Assembly (NCBI GenBank): GCA_051294905.1
Contig: CM119384.1
Span: 12,400,001-12,464,000, forward strand
DNA from: Botryllus schlosseri
Taxonomy: Eukaryota
Direction of reading: 5' to 3'
Length of the DNA: 64,000 nucleotides
The position numbers were made by a program, and so were the translations under genes. The notes under the pieces were generated by a model. The model was given only the letters and a program-made list of their open reading frames with translations, was not told the DNA's origin and searched no databases. The number at the start of each line of letters is the position of its first letter. The stretch's first letter is position 1. Below are positions 35,101 through 47,100 of the stretch, piece by piece.

Positions 35101-38100
35101 ACGGACGACAATCCCATCGGTTGGAATAAGTAAGCGTTTTCCTCCTAAGTTTACGACCGCAGTGGTGACGAACCTCAAACGCGTCTCACAGCAAAACGAA
35201 ATTGATAAGGTCGAAAATACCAAATCATATTCAACTAGGTGTATAACTTGCGTTATAATGTGGTCGCACATATGAAACTCACATATTTGTACTTATCAAC
35301 TGACTACTCGAACCGCGACCAGGGCCTGTTCGATTGTCTGTATCAGTCGCCAAAGCATGATTACGAGTTACAGACCGCGCTTACATCCAACGTCGACAAA
35401 GCCAAAACAAGATAATCGCCGAGCACGAGAAGAGGGTTTCTGACTCACGCACTTGGACGCGATCGCGCCGTACGCCGCAAAGCCGCAGCCCGAGTGGATC
35501 TCCATTACGTGAAACACGACCGCAGATAAGTCGCGGAAAAACCTCACGCTGCAATACCAGCAACGAGCGGAGGAAAGCCCTTTTCTGTAGCAGCGCACAT
35601 GAAACGCGGCGTAATTGTTTTCGCGACCCGCAACGTGTAATGAGATGTCGTTACGGCCGCCTTCTCGAAATCGGGACCGGATTAACGCGACCTCGCGGCA
35701 ATTACGCCTAGACAGTATAATGAATCACATTCCTACATTTGTAAATTCGGAGCTTATATTACCGTACGCGCGTAATAATACAAATAATACATATGCCGTT
35801 ACTGGGAGCTAGCATTGGATACGCGCGATTCGACAGACAAGCGAAAAGCGAAGTATCGCTACAATGTCAGTGGGACAGGCTCAGATGGTCGAAGTCCTAC
35901 GTGGCCCAAACATCGTTGGTACTCAAGTATCAATACCCTCGTAAATTTCTACTGAAGTATACAAGTCAGGTCTATAGTTTGACGTGAAAAAACGGATAAC
36001 TTCAAGGGTAAGTAGTGCAATTGGGCGAAACCTACGAAAAATGAGGTGTAGTTCGTTACTAATCCCTTATATATATAAATCTGGTTCTTCAGGGGCGGTA
36101 TGGGCACACAACGTACCAAAATCGATAACGACAATTACGTTAGTAATAGAATGACTGCATCTATTGCAGTACCAACAACTTTTAATAGCTCTGCGATGTT
36201 CAATTTAACCGTGGCGCTGCGATCGCATATAACACCTCAAATACGCCACACGCCCACTCACCGGAAATAAGCTGCTTCACCCTCTTCGGGTCCTTCCTGT
36301 CGTCTTTCGCGTGGTGATAATCTCTCTCGCCCTTGAATTTCTCACGCACAAACGCGCCGCCCTCCTCGCGCATCGCCATCTCTTCCTCCATCAGCTTACG
36401 CTTGCGGTTGCGCTCCAGGTCGGGCGCGTGCTGTCGCAGCATTGGGTTGGGCCGGTACGGTTTCGAGGAAGCCTGCTGCTGCTTGGGGGAGGCGTCCCGC
36501 GCGGGCCGGTCCGCTGCCGAAGGAGATTGGCGGTAGTGGCGATGATCAGCCGATGGTATGCCACTGCCGCTGGGCGGCGAGTGCGGTTCTGAACATAAAG
36601 GGTGGGGCGTGATGCAGGGTTTGAAACGTTTCAGCCGGATCCAAATGGGCTGAGCAGGGGTACGTTAACATAATCCTGATTTGAAGTGTATACCACAAAA
36701 AGCAAAATACGGCTACAAATTGTTAATAATCTTCATTTTCCCCCATTGTCACTCAAACTCGTTTCGTTGACGGTGCAAGGTCCGATCTAGGTTTCCCTAT
36801 TTTAACAATCCAAAATATGGATAGGTTACTATCACCGTTACCTTGCATTTGTGGCGCTAACAATATAAATTCCACCAAAAATAGCCACCCGATGCTGATT
36901 AATCCAGCTTCGATAAATTGACTGTTCGCGACGATTCGAATTCGCAATCACAATCGTGGACTCTAGGTAGATCCATCAACGCAGTACGGCGGCTTTAACG
37001 AACGACGAAATCATCACTACCTTGCTATTGTGACGTCGAGAAAGAAAATCCCTAATTCCCACTGTTAGTAACGATTAGAAGTTTCAAGTGTTTAATCCAA
37101 TCGCCGACTCTAATTCCTGCGACGCAGTACGGATTTAAATAACGTTAAAAAAGTAACCAATCCGCCTTCATTTCGAAGACGGTAGCGTCTTTTCAAAACA
37201 GCAGGCAAACCGTCAACGGCCCCTCATCTCTCTTAAGAGCATGCGTGCCGAATCTCCAAATTACCGGCTAAATATAGCCAAATCCAACTAGAGCAACCTC
37301 AATTCCCCTGCCGCCTTAAAACACACAATCCCAACGCACACCTAACCGCCGCGCATACCTTGTCTCTGATGCTGCTGCTGCTGCGCTGGCTTGCCCATCT
37401 GCGGGCTTTCGTTCGCCTTCGCGCCCGATTTCGCCGGGGAATTGCTCTTCGGCCGCGCCTGCGTTTGCATGGGCGGCCTGTCGCGCGCCGCGGCCGGGCT
37501 CGACTTGCCGCCGTCCTTGCCTTGCGGCGAGAAATAGGCGGCGTTCTTGAGCGCGGCGGCCGGGTAGTCCTGCGGGACATGTGAAATAGAGGGCGTAAAT
37601 GAGCGGGAAACGCAGTCACGTGACGGGCGGCGTACCTGAGGAAGGCGCGCGCCGGCCAGTAGCTGCTGCTGCTGTTGGTACTGTAGCTGCAGTTGGAGGT
37701 TCACGAATCGGGCATATTCCGAATTTTGTTGCTGAAAGATGCATGTATTTTATAGGCAACACATGTAGGATGGTGCTCAAGCTGAAGTAGCCATGTTCAA
37801 GACAGTAAAAAGGCAAGTATTCTATACATTTTTTCCAACTGCGTGGTTTTAGGCTCAAAGCAGGGATATTCATCGAGTATTATTTAGAGAGCGTTCGCAA
37901 TTCACAACGTCTATCGGTCTTCACACGTTTTCTCAATACCTCTGTCACACCACACCAAATGCGTTTCATTGATATACACAGTATCATGTTATGTTATTAT
38001 TAGGATTATCATACATCAATTTGATTACAGACCCTCTGCCGAACAAGTTCGAAAAATACAGTAACGTCCAGAACGTTTGGAAAGGCTGGTATTCTTAGTT

Positions 38101-41100
38101 ATCCACTAGGTTACTTGAAACTTCACGTTGAAGTTAGCGTTATTTGGAATTAACAACTGCATCCATTACTTACTAATTAAGATGGACGACATTTAACGTT
38201 GTTGTCAGAGTTTGTTTGGTGGCCTATACAGGTATGGGAACAACAACAACTGTTTACTTTAATTTTCAATGACGTAGTAAACGGTTGAGAAAGATAATAC
38301 GATACACAGTAGACAGTGCACACCTGCATCGTTGCCTTGCAAAAACGAGATACAGAGGTGTACGCAAGTTAACGTAGGGGCCTACTAATTTACAGAACGA
38401 AAAGAAGCCAGCCATGCTTGAGTTCTACACATCCAAAAACTATCATCTCACCTCTCCGGCTTTGTAAACGGACGCCAGGTCTCCTCCTTTAGCCGCCATC
38501 GCTTGCGCGAGCTGCCCGCTCAGCATATAATGCGCCCCCGGATGGCCGGCCAGCGCCGGCATCAGCTGCGGGTTCAAGAACGGCGGCATCCCCGCAACCA
38601 GGTACGGGTTCAGCGGCGGCGTCTCGTTCCTCTGCTCCCGCGCGTCTCCGCCCCCGAAAGCCGCCTGGTTCGGCGAGCGCGAGTGCCCGGCCGCCATCAA
38701 CAGGTGTTTCGGCAGCTCCGTAGACACCGTCGCCGCTTCCGCGGTACCGTTCGGGATTTTAGCGCGGCTGGTTTGCGCCAGACCGTTTGATAAAGGTGAC
38801 GCCGGGCGACTGTTATGTCTGTCGTGTGCGATCGGGCTGCCTCTGGCGAGGTGATGATGGTGGTGGTTCTCCAGAGACCTGCGTTTGGCGTCCAGGCCGT
38901 TTGGCGAGCGGTCCCGGACGGGCCGATGGTAGGGCCCGCGTTCGTCGCGCGCGCGAGGCGACGGCGAACGATCACGGGGAGCATGGTGTGCCGTTAACCC
39001 GCTCGAATGTGGAATGTAAAAGGCCCTGAAAAAATATATACTTCAACATGTCTATTAGAGTATTGGAGAGATAAATGGTACGGGCAGTTGGACGAGACAA
39101 CGCGAAAGTCAACGCTCTTAAACACAGAGGTAATTGGGAACGAAGTGCTACTGCATCTCCAGAGTACTCCTGTAGGGTGTAGGATTATTACGTACTCACA
39201 GCACAAGGCAATGGGGCGTAATCACAAGAAAACAGTTTCGAGTGATGATGGAGGAGACAGACGAGAAACGCTGTACTGCGTTTTGCGTCCATGATAAAAC
39301 AAGTTCAAGTTCACTTTAAGCGCCAATTAGGACGGGTTGTTTACGGGTTTGTAGCGGGTTGTGCGAGTTTGGTGATTTTCCGGCGGTGTGCCAGCGCGCG
39401 TAATTGCTACACGGATAACGGATTCCAGAGAGGCGGTGATTATTTCCGACAACAAGTCACGAATGGGCCAGACCGCATCAAGAACGATTCGCTACCTGGC
39501 CGCTTGCGATCACTGTTGATTGTACAGTACATGTACAGTACACTGTATTAGCAACAAGGGGTAAGGTATATTTATTCGTTTGAGAAGGCTGGATGTTCGT
39601 ATAGCTCTAGCAGTATTGGTCATCAAAGCAGTCAGTCAAGTTACTCTAGCGGACGAAGTGACGCCGTAATGTGCTACTCATTTACAAGTAACGGTACCAA
39701 TCTCAAACACGTCAAAACTAAGTAGAAGATGTAGGTCTATTCAGCTACCGCGATATCGCCAGTTGCTACGAGTTCTACTAGCATATCCTAAAATTACTTT
39801 CTTCTTTACAAAACCAGAAGCATCAAGTATATAGTTTTGTCAAACAAAACTCATGTAGAAGTGAAAGCAGTCTAAAAATAGAACCAAGTAGCACAAGCAT
39901 GCAAATCCAGCTTTAGTACTCGAAAAACGTAGAGTACTTAGTTACTGACCACCTCTCTAATTTGAGTAAATAAATAGTGTATACAAGCGACAAGTCACTG
40001 CAAGCGTGGCCCCGCAAAATTACACTTTCCCTTCAAGACGGTAGGCTGCGCTGAGACTATGCGGCAACATCGATGAGATTATGTCCAACTATAGTTCGTA
40101 TACGAACCAGCACATATATTAATTGCGGGCTTGCGGCATTGCGCGTAGCGGATTGCGGAAAACGTGACATGTTAAAAGCTGTAATTCGCTCTGGTTTTTC
40201 GGATAACGAATCATGAATCGTAAGCGGGCGCGCCTTGTAATTATACTACAATAGAATTTCGATGCGGAATTCGGAATGCGCCGCGTCGTCAAGGGTGCCC
40301 GCTGCCAGACTGCGCCGGGAGCGCGAACTCCGGCGCGTGGATAATCTCTTAAACACGGAAGCGCATTGATGGATATCCAAAATTACGCGCGGTCGCCGCA
40401 ACAGTTCATCGGCTGGTACCAGATACAAAAATCCAAACTATTTGTCAGCGATTCGGTATCTCCGCGACGCATCTACCAAGCGAATCGATCACCGGCGAAG
40501 ACGCGCAGTCATTCGAAAAATGCGCACACGGTCGCGTTCATAAAAACACCGAATTACAAATTTCATTCGGTGCACAATCGATTATATTTGGCTGGCGTGT
40601 GAAATTGATGGCAAATTAAGCACCAGTGAGACAAGATCACCACAATTTTCATTTTACGGTCATTCATTTTGTCAGCTTGACCTGCAATGCACATTTCCGC
40701 TGCTGCATCTATTGATATCTATTGATACAGCAAACTAAGCGTAATGGCACTTAATCCAAACACAACCAGGCGCTGCAGCGCTAAGCGATGAAGCGGGTCG
40801 ATGTGAGCGATTTCAATTCAGTCCTTCCCGACATACAAACTGATCCCCGGCGTATATCCCTCTCCTAAACAAGCGGGGACATTCAAATTCTACATGCTGG
40901 CCGTGTTTTCAATCGTGCAACAAACCGGACGCCTACATGATCACAAGCAGTGATGTTGGCTCTGACAAGGCGACTTTCGGTTTATACCAAGCCAGCAACG
41001 GATTATGACTGTTGGAGCGGGTGGAGCAACAGTTACAACTAACCAGCGCATGTTTAAGGTACAAATCTGTGTGGTGATAGGATAGCCGTGAATGAGCTTA

Positions 41101-44100
41101 AAGGTCCCGCAGTGTAAGGCCTGACCCGGACACGGGCATCTAGATAACTCTAATTTGACTAATCCGAGCGAATTAACGGTAATCTGACATCTGGTTTTCC
41201 TGAAAATGCCACAGTATAACTGTATGCTGCAAAACGAGACATGCTTGGTGTACTGTACTGTACGTACATATCTTCGTAAGATTCATGATAATGAACTCTG
41301 ATTCAATATGAGGTGAGCTTGATTTTTGATCTTTCTCATTCATTCATTTGAATGCTTAATATGATTCCCAAAGTGCAGACAAGGGGCCTTCTACAACGGT
41401 AGGCCTATAAAGTAGGCTACAAGCTGCAAAACCCAAATGATAAGTTCACCGAAAGTGCAAAATCTACGATACAAACGAAATGCAGGTTGTAAAAAAGTTT
41501 CAACTTCGTAAACAATTTTGACATCTTTTGACCTAACGCTACAATTTTGACCTACTTTTGACATGTCAAAAAAAATCGCCCTAGAGATCACAGTTGGCGT
41601 TGTTCAAGTTGGGTTAATAATGCGACAGTAACAACATCACTCTATATCCCACAATTACCAACTTTCAATTAGCGCAAATTGCGTGAGGGCCCACTATCCG
41701 ACAGACGTTCAAGTAGGCACTGCCGACGATGAATAACGCACGCCATTAACCGAGGTCACCGCTTAGCCTTTTCGAGGGCGTATGTCACACAACTGGAGTT
41801 GACAGGGGATCGCGTTTCAATGAGCGATACGCGGGCACCGCGCCAGCGCGCTACGCGTCGCTTGCTTTCACACGGCCCGGCCGTACGAGAGCGCCGGGCT
41901 AAAAGCGGCTCTCTTCAGACGCTGTGGCCGTTTCGGTCGCAGTGATTTTCAGTAACAACGCGACCGCGACATATCGCACTATTCTCCATAGCGAGCGCGC
42001 CTTTGAAGACGGGTAGAATAACTTGTCCCGATAGCGATCGGGTGAATATTTGCGGCGGGCGGAGGTGAAATTGGATGCCGGCTTCACAAAACATGACGTT
42101 GAGAGACGGGTCAACGGCGATATGCTGGGTGTCAAAGAACGGGCGAATTACGCCGTTTTGGGATCTAATGCTGCAACCACAGAAATTCTACCCGAGTGCG
42201 TTTTGCGAAAAATCAGCAGAGATGGTCCATACCGAAATACTTCTACATCTACTTGAACAGTTTTTTGGCAGAATCGCCCACTTGTTACACTTTGGATTTT
42301 ATGAAGAAGTAAGTAGTTTAGCGACACGCTTGCTAAACCTTTACGAGTGAAAGCGGCCTGCCAACTGGGAAAATGATCCCCTGTGTCGTGTAAGTAATAG
42401 AACACATATCGGAAAATCGCACCTATTTGTAGCGTCACCGGTTATTTTGCGTCAGTCGCGAATACGCACGCTTCAATGTCGAGGTGTCCCCTCCGACTAA
42501 CTGCTAAAATCGTGCGACCCGTCGATCAAATGTACTTTTTGAAACTACTTGGAGTACTTATCAGCCCCTATTACTTTTACTTGTGCAACATTTGAAAAAT
42601 CTTTAAATTGCTAGTCCTGCTCGTAATTGACTGGCGATTGACGTCTCTTCTACGGCATAGGAAAAGTAAAGAATTCGAGTTTAGCATCAAAAATCCGAAA
42701 GTACGCAGTCAGCATTTTCCAGTAATATCGTGACCTAACGCCAACCCGTCCTAAAGAGACATTTACAGCACCGTAGACTTCATGTAACGAACGCTCGAAG
42801 ACGGGAGATATATTGCCAATAAACCGCGTAAGCTGCATCGGTATGCGGAATGTGCCTTACTGCGGACGAAACCCGCCTCGTGCAGCGCAAGTCAAATATT
42901 TGCCCCGTACATTTCACGCCGCGTCTAGCCAATATTTGCTTTTCGGATCGCGGCCCGCGATATGTGCTAAGGCGCGATTTTGCCGGGCGAGAGGTCACAT
43001 TTCAAAGAAACAAACGAATGGCGACCTGGCGCGTTATTTGATTTACGCGCAGCGTTTCCGGCTAATATACAACATATCGCGAGTTCACACAGTCGCAAAA
43101 CGCGATACATTTTGAATAGCACTCAACGCTGGGCGCGCACCATAACATTCAAATCCGACTTCAAAATTTTGAAGCTGTTATTGTGGAAGTACAGTATATA
43201 CTGCATAGGTCCATTGTTCATTGTCCTATTTTAACCTAAATATGCTTACATATGATTAGCTATCTATGAACTTAATAAAGTTTATATAACTATAGACATC
43301 AGCGCATTAGTTTCGCACGTCTGCATTGAAGCGGGTCGGAATCTCAGGAATGCAACGCGTATTTTCCGGACAACCGCCAACCACAATGCACAATCGAGAA
43401 TAAACAGACTTGTTCTCGCCGAAATTGAAGCGCTCATTCACAAGATCTTCTTTCCGATCGCATCTTATGTCTAAATTTAAAGAATTCCGCAGGAATGCGC
43501 TTCTCGGAACTGCGCTACGCGGCCGCGCGTACGCGAGTAAATCCGCGAGTTTAAGCCTCGTCTGTATCGCATTTCAACAGATCACGATCGCGTCTCACAC
43601 GCGACCCGGTCCGATACCGCATAATCTGCACCGCAAGCACAAAAAACACTAATCGAACACACCCGAGTCAATTAGCCGGGGCGCGCAATCAAAGGCCCCG
43701 TTGCCGCTAAAAAAGCGCGGAATCATGGCACGTCTCAAGCTCGCAAACACACCACGCTTACCTGCAAAGCAATGTTTACAGGAGCTGGCAGCACTTGTTG
43801 AACACAATTTCAAAGTGAGAACCCTTAACACCAAGGCTAGCACCGCAAATAGCAACATGTTTGCACAAGCGCCAGACATCAAAGTATCCAATCAGAACTA
43901 CGTGGCCAGCGCGTAAGCTACAAAATCTACAACCTGACAAAAGGCAGACCCGTGACCTCTGACCTGGTTTCAAATTCGAGCAAACGCCAGCATTCCAGAA
44001 AGGGTTTCCGGGCTTTATTCCAATTGCGTTGGATCAAGACGAACGGGGAACGCATATTTCCATATTTCCTTCCCGGCAATTGCCAACCGAGTGCGCGATA

Positions 44101-47100
44101 AGCACGTAATACTGTTTGGTTCGTAAACTAGTAATAACAGTGACCCTGCTTAGATTCCCGACGCTAGGCATTCACGGGAATTTACGCAGTGGACGTTTAG
44201 TAGATCGCCTATAAATCAACGCGTTTTATATTATTTGATACTCGGAACGGAGCGGATTTCCTAGTCCCCCGTATCGTTTTACAGCCGGTAAACCCGGCAC
44301 GAGTTTACATAAATACGGGCCGCTGTATTTGAATGATGAAAATACCGATTCTAGATAACCGATATAAATAAATGGCGAACGCAACCAAAACTACATCACG
44401 ACAACTAACCGACACCAAGACAACGCAACCGAGACTTATCAAACGTCATCACTAAAAACGAAAATTGGTACAGATAAAATTTGGCCGCGCTAGTTTAAAC
44501 CAGTGAACGTTGCTATAGTTGCTAATTATGAAGGGCTAATTATGAAGGTTGTAAAGTACAAGAAACATCGCTAATTATTACTCAATGCAAAAATTTCAAA
44601 GATACGTCAGTAATCCAAAATCATATCCACTTGATGGGTAAGCATTGAGCAGCGTAATTTAGCAGAGCCTACTCGCCAACTAGAGTTCTTCCAAAAGTAG
44701 AATTACTTCGTTGATAAGATGTGTTCAATGTAGCTACTGTTCTTACTCAACTAGAAGTAATGTCGTATATCTTTAAATACAAGCATCGATACGTATATCC
44801 CAGCACTAGTTTTGCCGAAAAAACGAAGCTGTCACACAAAATCGAAAGTAGTTAAAAATCATAGCAACTTGAGTAATCAGCTAAAGACGCAAAATCTATT
44901 CGAGCACCTGTGGCGTAGGCGTATACACGCCTAAAAGCAATCGGACAAAAACGCGACGCGGATTAATGTGGTCTCGAATCGCCCCGCGCTATCTAGTTCA
45001 AGTACTTCACACGCGGAGCCACCAACAAGCAAGCACAAAAGATGCAGGAAATACTCACGGGACTGGAATCTTCCGTCCGTTCTCGTCCGTGACCGAATAC
45101 GGCGGCACCTGCTCGCCGCTGACGGTCCTACCGCGCGGCTGCTTCGCATCGCGATCCATCTCGCGCGGCCTGTAACCGGACCTATCCGGATCCGGTTTTC
45201 GTACACTTTCACCCGCCGGAGACCGCGACCCCTGACCCGCCTGCGAGGAGAACATCGCCGCAGGCGATCGCGACATGATCAAACCCGCGGTCGAACTGTT
45301 GATTTGAGACTGTACCAGGGAGGGATGATGGAATGGATAAGAGGGCGCCGTGGATTTACTCCCGTTGGCGAGATTCGGGGATTCGGTCCGGCGCTTCGGC
45401 GGAAACGGAGATCCGGATCCGGGCGAAACCCCGGCAGGGGGCCGTAACATCCCCATCGCGGCAGGCCAGTGTTCTGGGTACCGCAGTAATAACTCAGGCT
45501 GCCCTGCCAGAGAAAGCCCCGGCTGCAGTCTACCCGCCATGGCGCTAAGCGCCAGCGCGTCTTTCGACATGTCCAGCCCTTGCTGTGTGGCCACCAGCGT
45601 TTTCAAATACTGATCGGTAAGCTGCGGGTTGAGTCCGGGGTAAGAAAACTGCATACCTTCCATCATACGCTTGTACTGCTCTAAAGCCACGGCTGGATAA
45701 GGGTTAGCCGCTAACATGGGCGATATCTCAGCCCCAGGGGGCCGGGCAGGCATCAACAACGTGGGATGGTTTGGTAAGGGGTACATTAAGCCTGGTATGT
45801 GTAACCCAGCGGCCGCGCTTACTGCAGTTAACCCATCATTAGGGGATCTATTCGGAGATGACACCAGCCCTTCTGGTTCTTTGAGAACACCTGGCGCTCT
45901 ACTCAGCATAGACTCCAGCCCTGGCGCTGACTGGTACAGCAGTGGGTACATGTTCCACGGGTGCTGCATTCCGGGAAGTGGTATCCCGGGGTTGGTGATC
46001 CTTGCCGGGTGGGCTGGCCCGGCCGAAGATAGAGTCGTGGCTGCCGGCTGTTGCAGCAGTACCATTGGCTTGGTCGTGGCGTGCTGTTCGCCGCCTCTGT
46101 CCGAGGCCGGCGAGGTGTTTCGGCGCGGAATAATAGCTGAGAGTCGTTCCGGAGATTTGCTGCGCGCGGCGTCTTCCGGAGTCTTCGGGTAGACGTGCTC
46201 GTGTCTCTGTATATTTCCGTTCCGGCGTTCCGGATATGCGGCGTTCTGTGGGTAGTTGTAATATCTCTGCGGATCTTGGCGTGGACTGTTGTCTACGATT
46301 GCCGCCCGTTCTGTGCTATTCCCGCTTAATCGGCGATTGCTATCTCCTGCAAAAGCGAACGCACGATTTAGGGCCGACGCCAGCTTTCGAGAGGCTGAAT
46401 CATCGTGGCATAGTATCGTATCCAAGACTGTTTGTGACCATAAAAGGGACTTTTGCACGAGTTTGGGAGAATCGCAGTTTGGGAGGGTTATAATCATACA
46501 ACGAAACACAAATGCGTATCGCCAAACAGTTTCGAATCTCCTGCCTCACTACGTGTACGCCGCTTCATATTTACCAATGATATCTAAAACCCTACATATC
46601 GCTGGGTATTTACGCGGAAAGCGTTGTTGGTATTATGGTAAGCACTTATCAGCCATATAGACACCGCTACTTCAACAAGTTACATCCATATCGCACGGTA
46701 GTCAGCAGTCAGGAGTCTTTGTTATGTACAAGGAAATTAAAAGAGATGATATTACTAGGATCCTGATCAAAGGGTGTGTCATGAGCTCTTGACTAAACTT
46801 GACAAAACGGATCGGAAGATGGAAAATAAGGAATCATGCTGACGCATAGTATATCAAAATTCACACGCTTTCGTTGAATATATGAGTTAAATGAGTTATA
46901 CTACAGGACAGTGACAAACGCGAGAGTCGAACTAAATGCACATACGATGGGACATAAAATCATTCCGCGGTAAGCAAGTAACAATAGAGCTACGCCTCAT
47001 AGTAAACATATCGGTCGCCAACGGATAACACACAGTGACAAAGAAGCTGGCAAAAAATTCAACACCTCCACGACAAAGACGCGAATTGTGTGTTTACCGC

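Noticed and set aside
39009-39019. TGGAATGTAAA, identical to the first 11 nt of miR-1; the mRNA strand carries an extended miR-1 site
   Set aside because: No hairpin precursor. It lies in the CDS (F-Y-I-P codons), so a chance or codon-driven match cannot be excluded without conservation data.
46347-46509. N-terminal 54 aa of ORF 45055-46509 (MFRCMIITL...) as the VGLL4 start
   Set aside because: AT-richer, intron-like sequence ending in a polypyrimidine-CAG acceptor at 46347; probably intronic read-through, though not excluded as an alternative start.
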